Shown here piece by piece: positions 1-9,319 of a DNA stretch of 64,000 nucleotides; positions within the stretch are counted from its first letter, which is position 1; every line of letters starts with the position of its first letter. Under the pieces are notes generated by a model. It was not told the DNA's origin and searched no databases. It saw nothing but the letters and a program-made list of their open reading frames with translations. The translations under genes and the position numbers were made by a program. Origin of the DNA: an uncultured Verrucomicrobiae bacterium (GTDB lineage: Bacteria > Verrucomicrobiota > Verrucomicrobiia > Chthoniobacterales > UBA10450). The stretch covers positions 352,001-416,000 of the forward strand of contig CAWDGJ010000003.1 in NCBI GenBank assembly GCA_963801815.1, written 5' to 3'.

Positions 1-433
1 CCCGTTCGCTCTGGGGAAAGCGCTCAGTAGTTATCGTCGACGTTTCGCGAAGATCGAGGTTTTCCAGCAAGAGCTTTTGATAGGCGAACGCGCGTTCCAG
101 CATGGACTGAAAACGCCGTCGTTCCAATCCGAGCTCTTCCACCGCATAAATTCCGAGCTGTTCAACCTCGCGAAGCGGCTCCGATTGAGCAACGCCGAGT
201 GCGATGATCAGGACGTCGGGTTGTTCCTGGTGGATTTGCTCGAGTAATTCGCGGCATTCTTTTGCCCGCAAATCCATCATCAGCACCGCCGGCCCCATTT
301 GTTGAAGGACTGGTTCAAGACGCCCGGGATCGGCGACGTGGTGCAATTGCGCAGATGTGCGCAGGAACGCTTTCGCTCTGCGAAGCAAGTCCGCATCCTG
401 AGTATATAAAATGGAAACCGGCGTTGACTTCAT
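1..433 (-). CDS. Partial (runs off window) signalling protein with atypical N-terminal receiver-like domain
   Basis: Manual translation from ATG at 433: MKSTPVSILYTQDADLLRRAKAFL...PAVLMMDLRAKEC...QPDVLIIALG..., open to base 1. ATGA overlap with the stop of the upstream kinase. Receiver-like pattern, but the acidic pair and conserved Lys are not evident. Confidence 0.7.
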   Translation of the reverse strand, partial: MKSTPVSILYTQDADLLRRAKAFLRTSAQLHHVADPGRLEPVLQQMGPAVLMMDLRAKECRELLEQIHQEQPDVLIIALGVAQSEPLREVEQLGIYAVEELGLERRRFQSMLERAFAYQKLLLENLDLRETSTITTERFPQSER

Positions 434-2952
434 GCGGCGGCCACCTTGTTATCGGACCGCACTAACGGCAGCAAAATATGGAATACCGTTCCCTTATGCA
501 GTTCGCTCTCAACCTCAATTTGGCCCCCATGTTCCTGAACGATTCCGTGAACGACCGATAGTCCCAGTCCGGTGCCGTAGTCCTTGGTCGTAAAGAACGG
601 ATCAAACACGTGTGGAATATCTTCGGGTTTGATTCCTTCGCCCGTGTCACGAATGCTGATGAGCAAAGCTTCAGGCGCGTGGCCGTTGCTTGCACCGTTA
701 GGGTAAACGCTGGCATTAACCCATTGTTCGCCGGAGCGGATCTCGGTCTTTACCGTCAATTCACCTTGGGTCTTCATTGCATCCATCGCGTTTAGGAAAA
801 AGTTTAGGAAGACTTGTTCCAGTTGGTCCGGATCGCCACGAATTGTGTCTACATCAGCCTGCCACGCACGCTGCAATTTAATGTCTTTCTGATAGAGCCG
901 GTGGCCGACAAGCGTCAGCGCTTTCTCCAAGATCTCGTGCGCGTGAAGTGGTTTTAGAATCGGCTTCGCCGGCCTCGCGAATCGAAGTAACTGGTTCACC
1001 AGCGAGTCGATGCGGTCGATTTCATGGCCGATCAAATTCGAGAACGTGTCGCGAAAATCCGAATCCTGGTAACGCTCCGGCAGAAGTTGGGCGAACGTTT
1101 TAAGCGAAACGAGAGGGTTCTTAATTTCGTGCGCCATGCCCGCGGAAAGTGTTCCGAGACTGGCAAGACGATCGCTGCGCCGGATTTGGAGTTCCAGACG
1201 CTTGATCGCGGTAACATCGGTCAACACCATGAGCGCGCCGAGCACTTGTCGATCCTGGCCGTGGAAAATCGACGTGCTCGCGCGAATGATTACATCGGCA
1301 CTACCAGCGTGCAGCATGATTTCACAGTCTTGCTGGCTCTCCCCTGTGCGGAGCGTCGTAATCAGGGGCTCCGCCAGATCAAATGGCAAAGCATCTATCG
1401 AGCATTCAAGCATTTCCTCGGAATCCAGTCCGGTGATATGTCCGGCTTCGTTATTGAAAACAGTGATCTTTCCATCCGTCCCGGAGGCGATTACACCGCT
1501 GGTCAGATTTTGGAGCAACGTTTCATTATAGATCTTGGCGTTCTGGACCTCGGTGAAAAGTTCGGCGTTTTCGATGGCTACGGCTAGTTGTCCAGACAAG
1601 ACTTGAAGCGCGCCTTGTTCGACCCCGCCGTAGATCCGGCCTGATTTTCGAGCCCCGAGAAGCAAAACTCCCGCAAGGTGATCACGTGAGAAAATTCCCA
1701 TCGCCAACGCGATCTGCAGGGCATCCAATTGTCGCATCACCCGCTGGAGCTGCGGCGTTGGGCGCGCGCGATGCAACTCATCGAGCACAATCGGTTCACG
1801 GTTTGCTTCGAGCTGGGCAATTGTTGCCTGGTCGCGAGTCAATTCCAGGAACTGGCGCGAACCCGGCTCAACGGGCGGGTAGTGTTGCGAGAATCCCTGC
1901 TTTGTCGGCAAAAGGATCATAACGCGCTCTGTACCGACAGCGTCGGCCACCGTGTGTGCAAAACGGTCGAGCAAGTCGCGCAAAGTGGCGACCGAAGCCA
2001 GAATTTTTGCTGCCTTACTCACGGTCGTGCGAAAATCGAGTTGATGGGAACCGATGAACATCCGTTCTGCCAGGCGTTGAGATATTCCCCGCGCCGGCGC
2101 CATGGCAAATGCGATTACGACTGCGGCAACCACGTGCGCGATTGAATGGGCATTCGCAGTGGAAGACAGCAGCGCAGTTGAAACGAGCCACCAGATAACC
2201 GCATAAAGGGCGATCAGGTACGTTGCGAGAACTGCATACGAGATTACGCGGCGAAGCAAGACGCTTACGTCCATTATTCTTCGCGTGGCGATTCCATAGG
2301 ATATAATCAAACTGAAAAGCGCGGTTCGTGACGGTGCCAGCCAAACGAGCCGCGATTTATCGACGAACAAGCCAAGGGTGAACGACAACGCGGCGCTACC
2401 GACTGCGACGATCACGCCAATCAAGATGAACGAAAGCTCGGTCCTTGTTCCTGCGGACGCGCGTCTCGTGTCCATGACGTAGGCGACGATCACGACTGCA
2501 CCCGCAGTGAAAAACCAGGCAAAATAAAGGGTTCCGTAATGTCCGTACTGTGGCAGTAGCACTCCTGTCGAAGTCGACAACTCGATTCCCTGGACAAAAA
2601 AGCGTGTCTGGCAGAACACCGTCACGACCGCGCCCATAATCAGCCACGGGATGTTTAGACCAGTAATTTCCTGCCAACTCAGATGTTGCTTTGTTAGAGC
2701 GACCCGAAGAAAATTTAATGCAATTAAAGTTAACGCCGCGAAGACTGAGGCTTCACGAATGGCGATCTCGCCGATTCGCATATTCGTCGTTGTAACTGCA
2801 AAATAGAGACACCCTAACCAACCTGCGGTAATTGCCGACAAAAGCAGAAAAGCTTGATTGGCTTTTCGGTGCCAGTTTGATTGAAAAACAATCACGCCTA
2901 GCAAGAATTGAATGCTGAGCGCGATGGCAATTGGAAAAGTTGCTTCGTTCAT
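430..2952 (-). CDS. Membrane sensor histidine kinase (multi-TM N-terminus, GAF, PAS, HisKA, HATPase); PrsK-like architecture
   Basis: Hydrophobic N-terminal ~280 aa; GAF-like segment ending LAVAIENAEL; PAS-like segment; H-box AGMAHEIKNPL, N-box LNAMDAM, DTGEGI, FDPFFTTK, GTGLGL. Confidence 0.93.
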   Translation of the reverse strand: MNEATFPIAIALSIQFLLGVIVFQSNWHRKANQAFLLLSAITAGWLGCLYFAVTTTNMRIGEIAIREASVFAALTLIALNFLRVALTKQHLSWQEITGLNIPWLIMGAVVTVFCQTRFFVQGIELSTSTGVLLPQYGHYGTLYFAWFFTAGAVVIVAYVMDTRRASAGTRTELSFILIGVIVAVGSAALSFTLGLFVDKSRLVWLAPSRTALFSLIISYGIATRRIMDVSVLLRRVISYAVLATYLIALYAVIWWLVSTALLSSTANAHSIAHVVAAVVIAFAMAPARGISQRLAERMFIGSHQLDFRTTVSKAAKILASVATLRDLLDRFAHTVADAVGTERVMILLPTKQGFSQHYPPVEPGSRQFLELTRDQATIAQLEANREPIVLDELHRARPTPQLQRVMRQLDALQIALAMGIFSRDHLAGVLLLGARKSGRIYGGVEQGALQVLSGQLAVAIENAELFTEVQNAKIYNETLLQNLTSGVIASGTDGKITVFNNEAGHITGLDSEEMLECSIDALPFDLAEPLITTLRTGESQQDCEIMLHAGSADVIIRASTSIFHGQDRQVLGALMVLTDVTAIKRLELQIRRSDRLASLGTLSAGMAHEIKNPLVSLKTFAQLLPERYQDSDFRDTFSNLIGHEIDRIDSLVNQLLRFARPAKPILKPLHAHEILEKALTLVGHRLYQKDIKLQRAWQADVDTIRGDPDQLEQVFLNFFLNAMDAMKTQGELTVKTEIRSGEQWVNASVYPNGASNGHAPEALLISIRDTGEGIKPEDIPHVFDPFFTTKDYGTGLGLSVVHGIVQEHGGQIEVESELHKGTVFHILLPLVRSDNKVAAA

Positions 2953-4190
2953 TGCGCTGTAAGCCGATCAACAACCAATGAGCTCGCACTCCCGCCCAAA
3001 CCGCGAACATTCATTAGAATGCAGTTCAGTTTCGCTTTCCGGGCGCGCAGTGGCACAAAATCCAAATCGCACTCCGGATCCGGCAAATCACAATTCGCTG
3101 TCGGCGCGATAATTTGATCGCGGAAACTTAGGGCGCACGCCGCCAATTGCAATGGGCCGGCTGCCGCCAGAGGATTTCCTGTAACGCCTTTGATTGAGCT
3201 GATAGGAATCGAGTAAGCGCGTTCGCCAAATACTTCCTTGATATAGCGTACTTCTGCAGCGTCAAGAAGCGGGTGACCGGGGCCATACGCGGAAATATAA
3301 TCGATGTCCCGCTCAGAGCGGCTCGCGTTAGCTAGGGAGAGCCGCATTGAATCTACTAGTCCGGATCCGGGATATTCGGGAGCTCGGTCGCGCTGGGTCG
3401 CGTAGCCGCTGATTTCGAGATAAATCTGTGCTCCTCGAGCCAGTGCGCGGTCGTAATTTTCAAGAACAAACATTCCCGCGCCTTCCGAGATTACTCCGGA
3501 ATCGCGTTCGACATCGAACGGGCGGCTCGCTTTCTCCGGTTCGCCGTTGCGAAATGAACTCAATCCGGTTGCCACAAAACTTGCCATGCCATGCCTGGTC
3601 AGAGGCGCGTCGGCACCGCCAGCAATTGCGAGTTCCGCTGCGCCCGAACGGATCATGGTCGCCGCCAGCGCTACTGCGTCTAAACCAGAGGGGCACGCCG
3701 AGGAAACAGTCGCTGCGCGAGCTCGAGTCCCAATTCGATCGGCGATGACATTGGCTGCGGCCTGGGGTTTGGAGGCCGCGAGCGCGGTAGGAGCGATGGC
3801 GTCAATTCCGCGATTGTCCGAAACGCGATAAACATTTTCGATGACATCCAAAGCGCTCGTACTTACACCCACAACTACTGGAGTCGGACTTGGCAAACTT
3901 GCCTCGCCAATTTCTAGCCTGGCATCTTCAAGCGCCATCATAGTGGCGGCGTAAGCAAACTGTGTATGCCGCGCCATGCGTTTCGGTTTCAGCTCCGGTT
4001 CGATATAATCCAGTGGATCGAAATTCTTTACTTCGCCGGCAATTCGGCTCTTTAGGTCGCTCGCATCAAAAAGCGTGATCGGTCCAATGCCGCTGCGGCC
4101 TTTCAAAAGCGAATCCCAGAATTCGTTCAAGCCGATGCCATTCGGTGCCACGATTCCCATTCCAGTAATAACAATACGATTCCGTCTCAT
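2949..4190 (-). CDS. FabF-like beta-ketoacyl synthase family protein with non-canonical catalytic residues
   Basis: RIVITGMGIVAPNG, SRPFDVERDSGVISEGAG, SSACPSG (catalytic Cys). AYGPGH replaces AHGTST; KGVTGNPL replaces KSMxGHLL. ATGA overlap with the kinase. Confidence 0.9.
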   Translation of the reverse strand: MRRNRIVITGMGIVAPNGIGLNEFWDSLLKGRSGIGPITLFDASDLKSRIAGEVKNFDPLDYIEPELKPKRMARHTQFAYAATMMALEDARLEIGEASLPSPTPVVVGVSTSALDVIENVYRVSDNRGIDAIAPTALAASKPQAAANVIADRIGTRARAATVSSACPSGLDAVALAATMIRSGAAELAIAGGADAPLTRHGMASFVATGLSSFRNGEPEKASRPFDVERDSGVISEGAGMFVLENYDRALARGAQIYLEISGYATQRDRAPEYPGSGLVDSMRLSLANASRSERDIDYISAYGPGHPLLDAAEVRYIKEVFGERAYSIPISSIKGVTGNPLAAAGPLQLAACALSFRDQIIAPTANCDLPDPECDLDFVPLRARKAKLNCILMNVRGLGGSASSLVVDRLTAQ

Positions 4191-4405
4191 GGGGTTTGCG
4201 ATTGCGGACGGGGAAATTGAGCGATAGGGAAAACTCGACAGTTTCCCGCCGTGAGATCTGGAAAGTGGGCGGTTAAGGGATTGTCGATGGGATCTGCCAC
4301 GAACGAATCACAGGGCATTCTAAACGCTACATTGGCTCCAGTCATTATATTTTTTGCGCGCCAAAGTCGAAATTATCCACCAAAGGCGGCAACTTATTCA
4401 CAAGT

Positions 4406-4421
4406 TGCACCTTGCATGCCA
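4406..4421 (-). promoter_or_regulatory. Putative sigma54 -24/-12 promoter for the KS-kinase operon
   Basis: Minus strand TGGCATGCAAGGTGCA has GG-N10-GC spacing with TGGCA at -24. Confidence 0.5.
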
Positions 4422-4495
4422 CGGATTTTTAACCTAAACGTTCGCCGGCGAATCAAGATGAGTTGCCGAATATTTTTGCGCCAAGCGCCTCTGCG

Positions 4496-4511
4496 CGGCA
4501 TGACCCTAGCT
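4496..4511 (+). promoter_or_regulatory. Putative sigma54 -24/-12 promoter for the hybrid kinase/LanB-like genes
   Basis: CGGCATGACCCTAGCT has GG-N10-GC spacing and ends 22 nt before the ATG at 4534. Confidence 0.4.
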
Positions 4512-4533
4512 TCTAAGCCCGCTGACGCACACC

Positions 4534-5679
4534 ATGACCACTAGTCCCGAACTGCCCCAAATTCTGGTCATCGATGACGAAATGGGACCGCGCGAAAGCT
4601 TGCGCATGCTCCTGAAACCAAATTATCAGGTCCATACGGCCGACTGCGTCGAAGCCGGCATTAAGTTACTCAAGGAGAAGAACCCTGATACTATCGTCAT
4701 GGATATACGAATGCCGGGCGTCAGCGGGATTGAAGGTTTGCGCCAGATTCGCGAAATCGATCCGCATCTTTCAGTTATCATGCTGACCGGCTTTGGGGCG
4801 CTCGATACCGCCAAAGAGGCGCTCCGGCTTGGCGCTAACGATTATATCAGCAAACCATTTGATGCCCATGAAATGCAGCAGGTGATCGATCGTAACGTCG
4901 AGCGCACACGTGCACACCGGACGAGCGAATACGCTGCCGCTGAGATCAAGGAATTGAATAATCGTCTGCTCCAACAGCTCGCTCAGAAAGAGCGCCTTGC
5001 GTCGCTCGGCCAGGCCTCCGCGGAATTCGTTCATGATCTCGGGAACCCACTCACAATTGTCTGGGGTTACGTTCAATTGCTCGCTAAACGCCTCGAAAAA
5101 TCTGAAAATGGGCAACAGGACGCTTCTTCGGCGAAGGAGCTGAACATTATCGAGCAAAACGTCCGACTTTGCCGTGAGCTGCTCACCATGTGGCAGAGTT
5201 ACGGAAACGTGGAAGCCTCTCCGCCAAAATTGATTTCCGTGTCCGGTATTGTCCGCGATGTGTTGAAAGGGATTGCACCAATGGCGAGCGAGAATGGCGT
5301 CGAACTGAAATCGACCATTTGCGAAGACGCCTGCACGTTGTTGGGAGACGCTTTGCAAATTAACCGCGCGATCCAAAACGTCGTCGTCAACGCCGTTCAA
5401 GCATCGATTGAAAAGAAGGGTACGGTCACGGTCACGTGCGCTCAAAAAGATTTTTATGTCGATCTTCGCGTTGAAGACACTGGCGCCGGCATTCATCCGG
5501 CGCAGTTGAATAGAATTTTCGATCCATATTTCACAACCAAACAAGCCAAGAGCGGCACCGGTCTCGGTCTCTACATCACCAAGAAAGTTGTTGAGGACCA
5601 TAGTGGTTCGATCAAGGTCGAGAGCACGTCCGGGGTCGGCACCGTGTTCACGATTCGTCTACCGCTGCACACAAGCTGA
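4534..5679 (+). CDS. Hybrid response regulator receiver-histidine kinase
   Basis: ILVIDDE, MDIRMP, ISKPF receiver motifs; H-box EFVHDLGNPL, NAVQA, DTGAGI, FDPYFTTK, GTGLGL. Confidence 0.93.
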   Translation: MTTSPELPQILVIDDEMGPRESLRMLLKPNYQVHTADCVEAGIKLLKEKNPDTIVMDIRMPGVSGIEGLRQIREIDPHLSVIMLTGFGALDTAKEALRLGANDYISKPFDAHEMQQVIDRNVERTRAHRTSEYAAAEIKELNNRLLQQLAQKERLASLGQASAEFVHDLGNPLTIVWGYVQLLAKRLEKSENGQQDASSAKELNIIEQNVRLCRELLTMWQSYGNVEASPPKLISVSGIVRDVLKGIAPMASENGVELKSTICEDACTLLGDALQINRAIQNVVVNAVQASIEKKGTVTVTCAQKDFYVDLRVEDTGAGIHPAQLNRIFDPYFTTKQAKSGTGLGLYITKKVVEDHSGSIKVESTSGVGTVFTIRLPLHTS

Positions 5680-5750
5680 TCTTCGCTTTCGTTGGGGCGC
5701 GTCCTTCATTTAAGAATTGTCAGGTTCGGCGCGTTTGGTTTTGCTGAGGC

Positions 5751-7807
5751 GTGTCGTATCGGGTCGCGCCAATTTTTCTGATTCGCCTGGCAGGCGCGCC
5801 GTTTGAAATTCTTGAGCATTTTGGAACCCCCGAGACGATCAACACCGTTCGCGGGCTGCTGCTCGCGCAACAAGAAATCGGGGGCGAGACTGTCCCGTCC
5901 CTGGGGATCGCGCTGCAACGTGAACTAGAAGCTTCGCGCAAATCCCTGTTTGACTCCGCGTGCACCATTCTACCTCGATATTTGATTTTCAGTTTAGGGG
6001 AAATGCGCAACCGTATTGCTTCATTATCCAAAGGCAGCCGTGGAATCGGGTCGCGGAATTCGCGAACCCGCGAGCGTGAAAGGCACGTCTTACTTTATCT
6101 TCAACGCATCGCGGCCAAGAACGACACCTTCAGTGAATTCGGACCTTCAGGGTGGGGAACGATGGCAGAGAGATTTTCTGGCTTACGGCTCGCGCCGGAA
6201 TCTGGAATCGCTGAGCGGGAGGCATTTCTTGAGCGCTGGACGGCTCACGCCATTGCCGCTGCTATCAACGCGGACCCAGAGAATTCAAATTCCAGGCTGA
6301 TAGTGCCAGCATTGGAGCCTCATGCGGTCGAAATTTTACTCAAGGATGTGAGAGATTGGCCAACCAGCCCTGCTCGTGATAAGTGGCTGCCGATTTTGCA
6401 AGGTTTGATCGAGATTCCGTCCAAATTTATCACAGCTGTTAAATCGGAGACGCGACAATCGATTTCGGACGAAACGCGAACGCGATTGAAGTCAATCGGA
6501 GCCCAACCAAAACCAACCGATCGTTATCTCTACGCTGCGACTAATCCGATTTGCGAAGAATGTTTTCGTAAGTGTCATTTCGAGATCAACCAAGGTTTGA
6601 TCGACGAGGTCGCAGTTCAGGCGGAGCCGTGGATTGATCTCTGGCGCGACAACTACGCATTCGTGGCTTCGCGGGTTGCGGCCGGTTTGCGGGGTGTCAT
6701 CGAAAAAGCGGGTGCAAAAGGTGGAGCGATTCCATTGCCGGCGTTTCTGCAGGCGTGCGAAGCAGTAAAGTTACCACTTACCGGGCCAGGACTAGTGGCG
6801 CTTGCGGTGATGGCCTTTCAGGAAGTGAAAGCTGCTTTTCGAGAACGTTTGCAACCGCACTCCGATCTTAACGAGTACGAACTCACGACGGAGGACTGTC
6901 ACATCGTCCGTGACAACTTCGAATATCCGAAGTTCGACGAATACACTTTTCCATCGGCTGATTTGCAATTGGCCGCGGCGTCGACGGCTGCGGTCGCGCG
7001 CGGCGATTATCAATGGATTTTGGCTGAGCTTCACGCTCCGGTGGCCGTCACTCTCATCATTGCATGTATTGGAGTTGTCCAGACAAGCCTGCGCTTGGTC
7101 GCGCGCTAGCGAGCACGGCTTTTGGTCTTCCCAATTTTCATTTTGGCTTTTTCGCCGCGGATTTCACGGCTCACACAACCGTCCGTATTTTCGATGCGAT
7201 GCCGCAACTCACAAACTTCGTTGCGCCCCAGCGAGCAAATCCAAAATGGAGAAAGGTGTCGCCCTCGGATGCAGAAGTATATATCGACACCGTATCGGGC
7301 GATGTTTGTGTGCGCAAAATTGACAACCATGAGTATCTGGGGTCGTTCGCTCGTGCCTGGCTCATTCCGCTGGGTTTTCATCCGTTTCAATTTAGTCTCG
7401 GATCGCACACGCCGCGGTTGCGATGCGGTAAAGTCATCGTGCAGCGACGCGCTTGGACGGTCACAACCGACGATTTGATGCCAGGAAATTACACCGGCGT
7501 ATCGAGTCATCTGGTTGTTGCTGTCGAAAAATTACGGGCCGCAAAAGATTTGCCTCGCTTTGTTTACATTCGCCCGACCGAACAAGCCCTTCGACGCACC
7601 GGCGCCGAAGGGCGGGACAAGGACACCAAACCGGTGTTCATCGATCTTGAGAGTTATTTGTTTCTCGAAATTTTTCACCGTTGGATCGTCAAAGCGGGCG
7701 AGATCGAGGTGACAGAGATGTTACCGACGCCTGATCAGTTGCTCTGGAAGGAAGCCGACGGTCGCCACACCTTTGAGCTGCGCACATTGATCGTTCCCCG
7801 TTCATGA
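5751..7807 (+). CDS. Stand-alone lantibiotic dehydratase N-terminal (small LanB / PEARL-like) protein, one frameshift near 7045-7055, ~685 aa when joined
   Basis: FLIRLAGAPF, YLQRIAAKNDTFSEFGP, ILAELH, PRLRCGKVIVQRRAW, LPRFVY, KPVFIDLES, VTEMLPTPDQL, ELR resemble LanB glutamylation/PEARL motifs; no elimination domain seen. Confidence 0.8.
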
Positions 7808-8619
7808 AAATCGTTGCGATTGCGAACCAAAAAGGCGGGGTGGGCAAGACGACGACAGCAGTGAATCTCGGAGTCGCCTTAGCTGAGAAAAAAATGAGTG
7901 TCCTTTTGATTGATCTCGATCCCCAGGCAAACGCGACCAGCGCACTCGGCATGCAGGAAATCGAAGGCGAAAGCATTTATGATCCGCTTCTCGGCGAAAC
8001 CTCGATAGCCGACAAGGTGTTGCCCACGCGCATCGAGAATTTGTTTATCATTCCGGCCGACTTGGATTTGGCCGGTGCTGAAATTGAAGTGGCACGGATG
8101 CCGGATCACCTGACGCGCCTCGCCAGGACGTTGTCGACCTTTCGTTTGGATGAAACTTTCGATCTGATCCTGATCGATTGTCCTCCTTCGTTGGGAATTC
8201 TGATGACGAATGCGCTGGCCGCAGCAGACGAAATACTGACGCCGATCCAATGCGAGTATTTCGCGCTCGAAGGTTTGGCAAAAATCGTGCGCGTCATCGA
8301 GCAGGTACGCGACTCTGGCGCCAACGCGCACATCCAAATTGGGGGCATCGTCATGACCATGTTCGACAGTCGAACAAACTTGAGCGAGCAGGTCGTCGAC
8401 GAAGTGCGACAGCATTTCGGCAAGCGCGTTTACAACACTGTCATACCGCGGACGGTGCGGTTGAGCGAAGCCCCGAGCTTTGGAAAATCAATTCTCGAGT
8501 ACGACCCTAGCGGTGTTGGCGCCTCGGCTTATCGCGGGTTGGCTCGCGAATTCATCAAACGGCATGTTCGGTTCGCCGGTCCGGGACCAGAGGTGCGGAC
8601 GAGCCCTGTGGTTGGCTGA
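7804..8619 (+). CDS. parA: ParA/Soj family ATPase
   Basis: NQKGGVGKTTT, DLDPQAN, IDCPPSLG, IPRTVRLSEAPSFG; ATGA overlap with the LanB-like gene. Confidence 0.93.
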   Translation: MKIVAIANQKGGVGKTTTAVNLGVALAEKKMSVLLIDLDPQANATSALGMQEIEGESIYDPLLGETSIADKVLPTRIENLFIIPADLDLAGAEIEVARMPDHLTRLARTLSTFRLDETFDLILIDCPPSLGILMTNALAAADEILTPIQCEYFALEGLAKIVRVIEQVRDSGANAHIQIGGIVMTMFDSRTNLSEQVVDEVRQHFGKRVYNTVIPRTVRLSEAPSFGKSILEYDPSGVGASAYRGLAREFIKRHVRFAGPGPEVRTSPVVG

Positions 8620-8680
8620 AGTTTCGTTCGGGTTAGAAAGAAAGACGCGACGCCTGCGAGTCGCGATTCATTAGTGAAGG

Positions 8681-9319
8681 ATGGTCACTAAAGCCGAGGA
8701 ATACGCCCAATCCGCAGAGCCGCCAGACTCATCCAGCTTGTCGAAGGTGCGGGAAGCGGCGCAACATTGTACGGCGTGTCATTTATACAGGCAGGCAACG
8801 CAGACCGTCTTTGGCGAAGGTCCTAGAAACGCGCTGATCATGCTCGTCGGTGAACAACCAGGCGACTACGAAGATCTGGCTGGAAAACCGTTTGTTGGGC
8901 CAGCCGGCAGAATCATGGATCGTGCCCTCGAGGAAGCGGGAATCGATCGCAAGAAAGTTTATGTAACTAACGCGGTGAAACACTTTAAATGGGAATCGCG
9001 CGGCAAACGCAGGCTTCATAAGAAACCGAACTCGCGTGAGATTGCCGCGTGTCACCCTTGGCTGGAGGCAGAAGTGCGACTCGTTAGGCCTAAGCTCGTC
9101 GTGGCGATGGGCGCGACCGCGGCGCAGACTATCTTCGGCCCTGGCTTCCGGGTCACGCGCGAGCGCGGCAAAGTTTCATCATCAAAACTCGGGCCCAACG
9201 TCCTTGCAACTGTACATCCTTCGTCGCTGTTGCGTCAGCCGGATGAAGAATCCCGCCGTCGCGAGTACAAAAACTTCGTCGCGGATCTGCGTACAGCGTC
9301 AAAAGCTGCGGGACTTTGA
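8681..9319 (+). CDS. udgX: UdgX family uracil-DNA binding protein (family 4 UDG-like)
   Basis: CTAC, GEQPG, VKHFKW, RGKRRLHKKP loop, ACHPWL, HPSSLLR. Confidence 0.9.
   Translation: MVTKAEEYAQSAEPPDSSSLSKVREAAQHCTACHLYRQATQTVFGEGPRNALIMLVGEQPGDYEDLAGKPFVGPAGRIMDRALEEAGIDRKKVYVTNAVKHFKWESRGKRRLHKKPNSREIAACHPWLEAEVRLVRPKLVVAMGATAAQTIFGPGFRVTRERGKVSSSKLGPNVLATVHPSSLLRQPDEESRRREYKNFVADLRTASKAAGL

Noticed and set aside
4373..4402. DnaA-box-like TTATCCACC and TTATTCACA near parA, suggesting oriC
   Set aside because: Only two boxes, no dnaA/dnaN or clear unwinding element, and the gap is better explained as a divergent promoter region. Another isolated box at ~22642 shows such matches occur singly.
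4251..4544. 97-aa intergenic ORF as a precursor peptide for the PEARL-like enzyme
   Set aside because: No RBS, it overlaps both putative promoters, and its composition is unlike acidic scaffold peptides.
7045..7055. Programmed ribosomal frameshift in the LanB-like gene
   Set aside because: No slippery heptamer at the switch point, and other indel patches in the window point to sequence error.
7804..8619. ParA as evidence of a plasmid or integrated element
   Set aside because: Soj-type sequence among chromosomal genes, with no rep, parB or integrase in the window.
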